Source of the DNA: a virus
Virus record (IMG/VR): IMGVR_UViG_3300045988_010436
Location: 1-5,801 of that record
Reading direction: 5' to 3' (one strand)
DNA: 5,801 bases
Shown: positions 4,686 to 5,801 of the stretch, in pieces
Layout: each line of letters begins with the position of its first letter
Numbering within the stretch: position 1 is the stretch's first letter
Position numbers and translations under genes: made by a program
Notes under the pieces: model-generated
Databases searched by the model: none
What the model saw: only the letters and a program-made list of their open reading frames with translations
What the model was told of the DNA's origin: nothing

Positions 4686-4788
4686 AGTCCGCAAATCCAA
4701 AGACGCAAAAATCTACAACAAGACCGCACGAAAGACAAAGGCAATCAACCTTGGAAGCGGCGCAATGAGAGGGGGAATCCGACTGTGA
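4669..4788 (+). CDS. Small basic DNA-binding/packaging peptide (phiX174 J / Chlamydia-phage ORF8-like), 39 aa.
   Basis: MAKRSKVRKSKDAKIYNKTARKTKAINLGSGAMRGGIRL has an Arg/Lys-rich N-terminal half and the C-terminal MRGGIRL/F motif that I recall from gokushovirus ORF8-type peptides. ATG 4669 is in frame with track ORF 4597-4788. The upstream ATG 4597 adds a non-basic extension with no RBS. Confidence 0.75.
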   Translation: MAKRSKVRKSKDAKIYNKTARKTKAINLGSGAMRGGIRL

Positions 4789-4883
4789 GTGCTGTATTCG
4801 CAAGCATGACTATGGCATTTCTCGCAGCGGGGTTTTACCTCGTCATTAACACAATCGACATCATCAAAGAATGGTTCAAATAA
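4785..4883 (+). CDS. Unannotated 32-aa hydrophobic (single transmembrane helix) peptide; below the ORF-track size cut-off.
   Basis: GTG 4785 overlaps the J-like stop (GTGA). SD-like AGGGGG (4770-4775) lies 9 nt upstream. The translation is (M)SAVFASMTMAFLAAGFYLVINTIDIIKEWFK. TAA 4881-4883 runs into the next gene's SD (TAAGGAG). The ORF exactly fills the otherwise unexplained 107-nt gap. An alternative in-frame ATG is at 4806. Confidence 0.5.
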   Translation: MSAVFASMTMAFLAAGFYLVINTIDIIKEWFK

Positions 4884-4895
4884 GGAGACAATCAT

Positions 4896-5132
4896 ATGAA
4901 CGTATACGGAATTTTCGATAAATGCGTGATGGGCTATATCACCATCTTTACCGAACGTGACGACAAGGTGGCCGAACGCAATTTCAAAATCGCACTGACC
5001 GATGACCGGAATATCATGAGCAAGACTCCGAACGACTATCGGTTGGTGCGCCTGGCAAAGTTTGACGAGAAAACGGGCCTGTTTGAGAACGAAAAGGAGA
5101 ACATCTTCGATGGCGTATCGCTCAGTAAGTAA
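4896..5132 (+). CDS. VP5: VP5-like non-structural protein of gokushoviruses, 78 aa.
   Basis: SD AAGGAG (4882-4887) lies 8 nt before the ATG. The pattern MNVYGIFDK...ERNFKIAL...TPNDYRLVRLAKFDEKTGLF matches my recollection of the conserved Y.I.D / A.R.F / P.DY.L...G.FD..TG layout of VP5-type proteins. Its position just upstream of VP3 also fits. Confidence 0.7.
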   Translation: MNVYGIFDKCVMGYITIFTERDDKVAERNFKIALTDDRNIMSKTPNDYRLVRLAKFDEKTGLFENEKENIFDGVSLSK

Positions 5133-5589
5133 TTTCAGAGAGACTACAATAGCAAAACCCACCGAAGCCGGAGAGACCGTGAGGCGCACATACCTCTGGG
5201 AACTCAACGAGAAAGGCGAAAAGGTGCTAACGCTTGACCAGATCATCGACCAGCAGGCGGAAATCGACAGCTTCCTTGAAGAAACCAAGCTGGAAAACAT
5301 CATCCGGCGAGCATCCATCGACCCTGACATTGCAGCTAGGCTGATGCCGGATATGGGCGGTGGACTCCAGGACGCAACCGACATGCCGGAGAATCTGATG
5401 GAGCTCCAAAACATCATGCTCCGAGCAGAACAAATCTGGGATGAAATCCCGAAAGAAATCAAGCTCAAGTTTGACAATGACGTTGACAAGTTTGTCGCAA
5501 GCTTCGGCACTGTTGACTGGGCGAAGAATCTGGGCATTTATCAGGAAAAGCAGCCTGAAGAGCCTAAAAAAGAGGAGACCGCTGAATGA
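5110..5589 (+). CDS. VP3: Internal scaffolding protein VP3, 159 aa.
   Basis: SD AAGGAGA (5094-5100) lies 9 nt before ATG 5110, in frame with track ORF 5062-5589. The protein is acidic and helical, with a C-terminal block IPKEIKLKFDNDVDKFVASF typical of gokushovirus scaffold proteins. The stop overlaps the VP1 start (ATGA at 5586-5589). Confidence 0.82.
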   Translation: MAYRSVSNFRETTIAKPTEAGETVRRTYLWELNEKGEKVLTLDQIIDQQAEIDSFLEETKLENIIRRASIDPDIAARLMPDMGGGLQDATDMPENLMELQNIMLRAEQIWDEIPKEIKLKFDNDVDKFVASFGTVDWAKNLGIYQEKQPEEPKKEETAE

Positions 5590-5801
5590 ACAGAAACAAA
5601 GATGCAGGATTCAACCAGGTACCACGGCTGGACATTACGCGAAGTCGCTTCAAACGGCGGCAGGACGTCAAGCTAACGATGAACGCGGGTCAACTCATTC
5701 CATTCTATGTCGATGAGGTGTTACCGGGTGACACATTCAGCATCGACCAAGCCGCAATTATCCGCATGACTACGCCTATCTTCCCGGTTATGGACAACTG
5801 C
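5586..5801 (+). CDS. VP1: Major capsid protein VP1, 5' portion (start codon to window end); 5683-5801 duplicates 1-119.
   Basis: SD GAGGAG (5570-5575) lies upstream of ATG 5586. The translation MNRNKDAGFNQVPRLDITRSRFKRRQDVKLTMNAGQLIPFYVDEVLPGDTF... is the canonical Microviridae capsid N-terminus. It continues in frame into nt 3 of the window through the overlap. Confidence 0.95.
   Translation, partial: MNRNKDAGFNQVPRLDITRSRFKRRQDVKLTMNAGQLIPFYVDEVLPGDTFSIDQAAIIRMTTPIFPVMDNC
5683..5801. repeat. Terminal direct repeat, right copy (assembly overlap of the circular genome).
   Basis: Identical to 1-119. Confidence 0.97.

Noticed and set aside
3993-4700. - strand ORFs 3993-4280, 4006-4188 and 4368-4700.
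   Set aside because: They are antisense to the SD-supported + strand ORFs and run through the + strand promoter and terminator. No - strand promoter or RBS is seen.
5062-5109. ATG 5062 as the VP3 start, and ATG 4597 as the J-like start.
   Set aside because: Neither has an SD. The internal ATGs (5110 and 4669) have appropriately spaced SDs and give family-typical N-termini.
4713-5537. 274-aa ORF on the - strand, the largest antisense ORF.
   Set aside because: It lies entirely antisense to the well-supported VP5/VP3 genes and has a low-complexity Ser/Leu-rich translation with no RBS. Microviridae genes are all on one strand, so this is a typical shadow ORF.
5441-5716. + strand 91-aa ORF spanning the VP3 end and the VP1 start in a third frame.
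   Set aside because: It has no RBS and overlaps two strongly supported genes, so it is probably a chance open frame.

Overview
The window holds one complete circular Microviridae (Gokushovirinae-like) ssDNA phage genome of 5,682 nt. It is linearised inside the major capsid gene and closed by a 119-nt assembly overlap (1-119 is identical to 5683-5801). All credible genes are on the + strand. In order they are: VP1 major capsid (ATG 5586, wraps the junction, stop 1544, 546 aa), VP2 pilot/minor capsid (1687-2535), VP4 HUH rolling-circle Rep (2536-3555), a J/ORF8-like basic DNA-binding peptide (4669-4788), an unannotated 32-aa hydrophobic ORF (4785-4883), a VP5-like protein (4896-5132) and the VP3 internal scaffold (5110-5589). 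Genes are tightly packed, with Shine-Dalgarno sites and overlapping stop/start codons (TAA-ATG, ATGA, GTGA). The unusual part is a ~1.1-kb accessory segment between Rep and the J-like gene (3556-4668). It starts with a strong terminator and a 40-nt almost pure alternating-GC imperfect palindrome. An AT-rich stretch with TAG triplets follows. Next come seven exact TGTTGAA iterons interleaved with four DnaA-box-like 9-mers, one of them a perfect TTATCCACA. After two GC-rich stem-loops there is a self-contained cassette: UP-like A-tracts, a consensus sigma70 promoter (TTGACA-16-TGgTATAAT), an SD, a 65-aa orphan ORF and a terminator. An SD-driven 75-aa orphan ORF comes last. No tRNA, rRNA, CRISPR array or transposase is visible. 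All homology statements come from recalled family motifs, not from searches.
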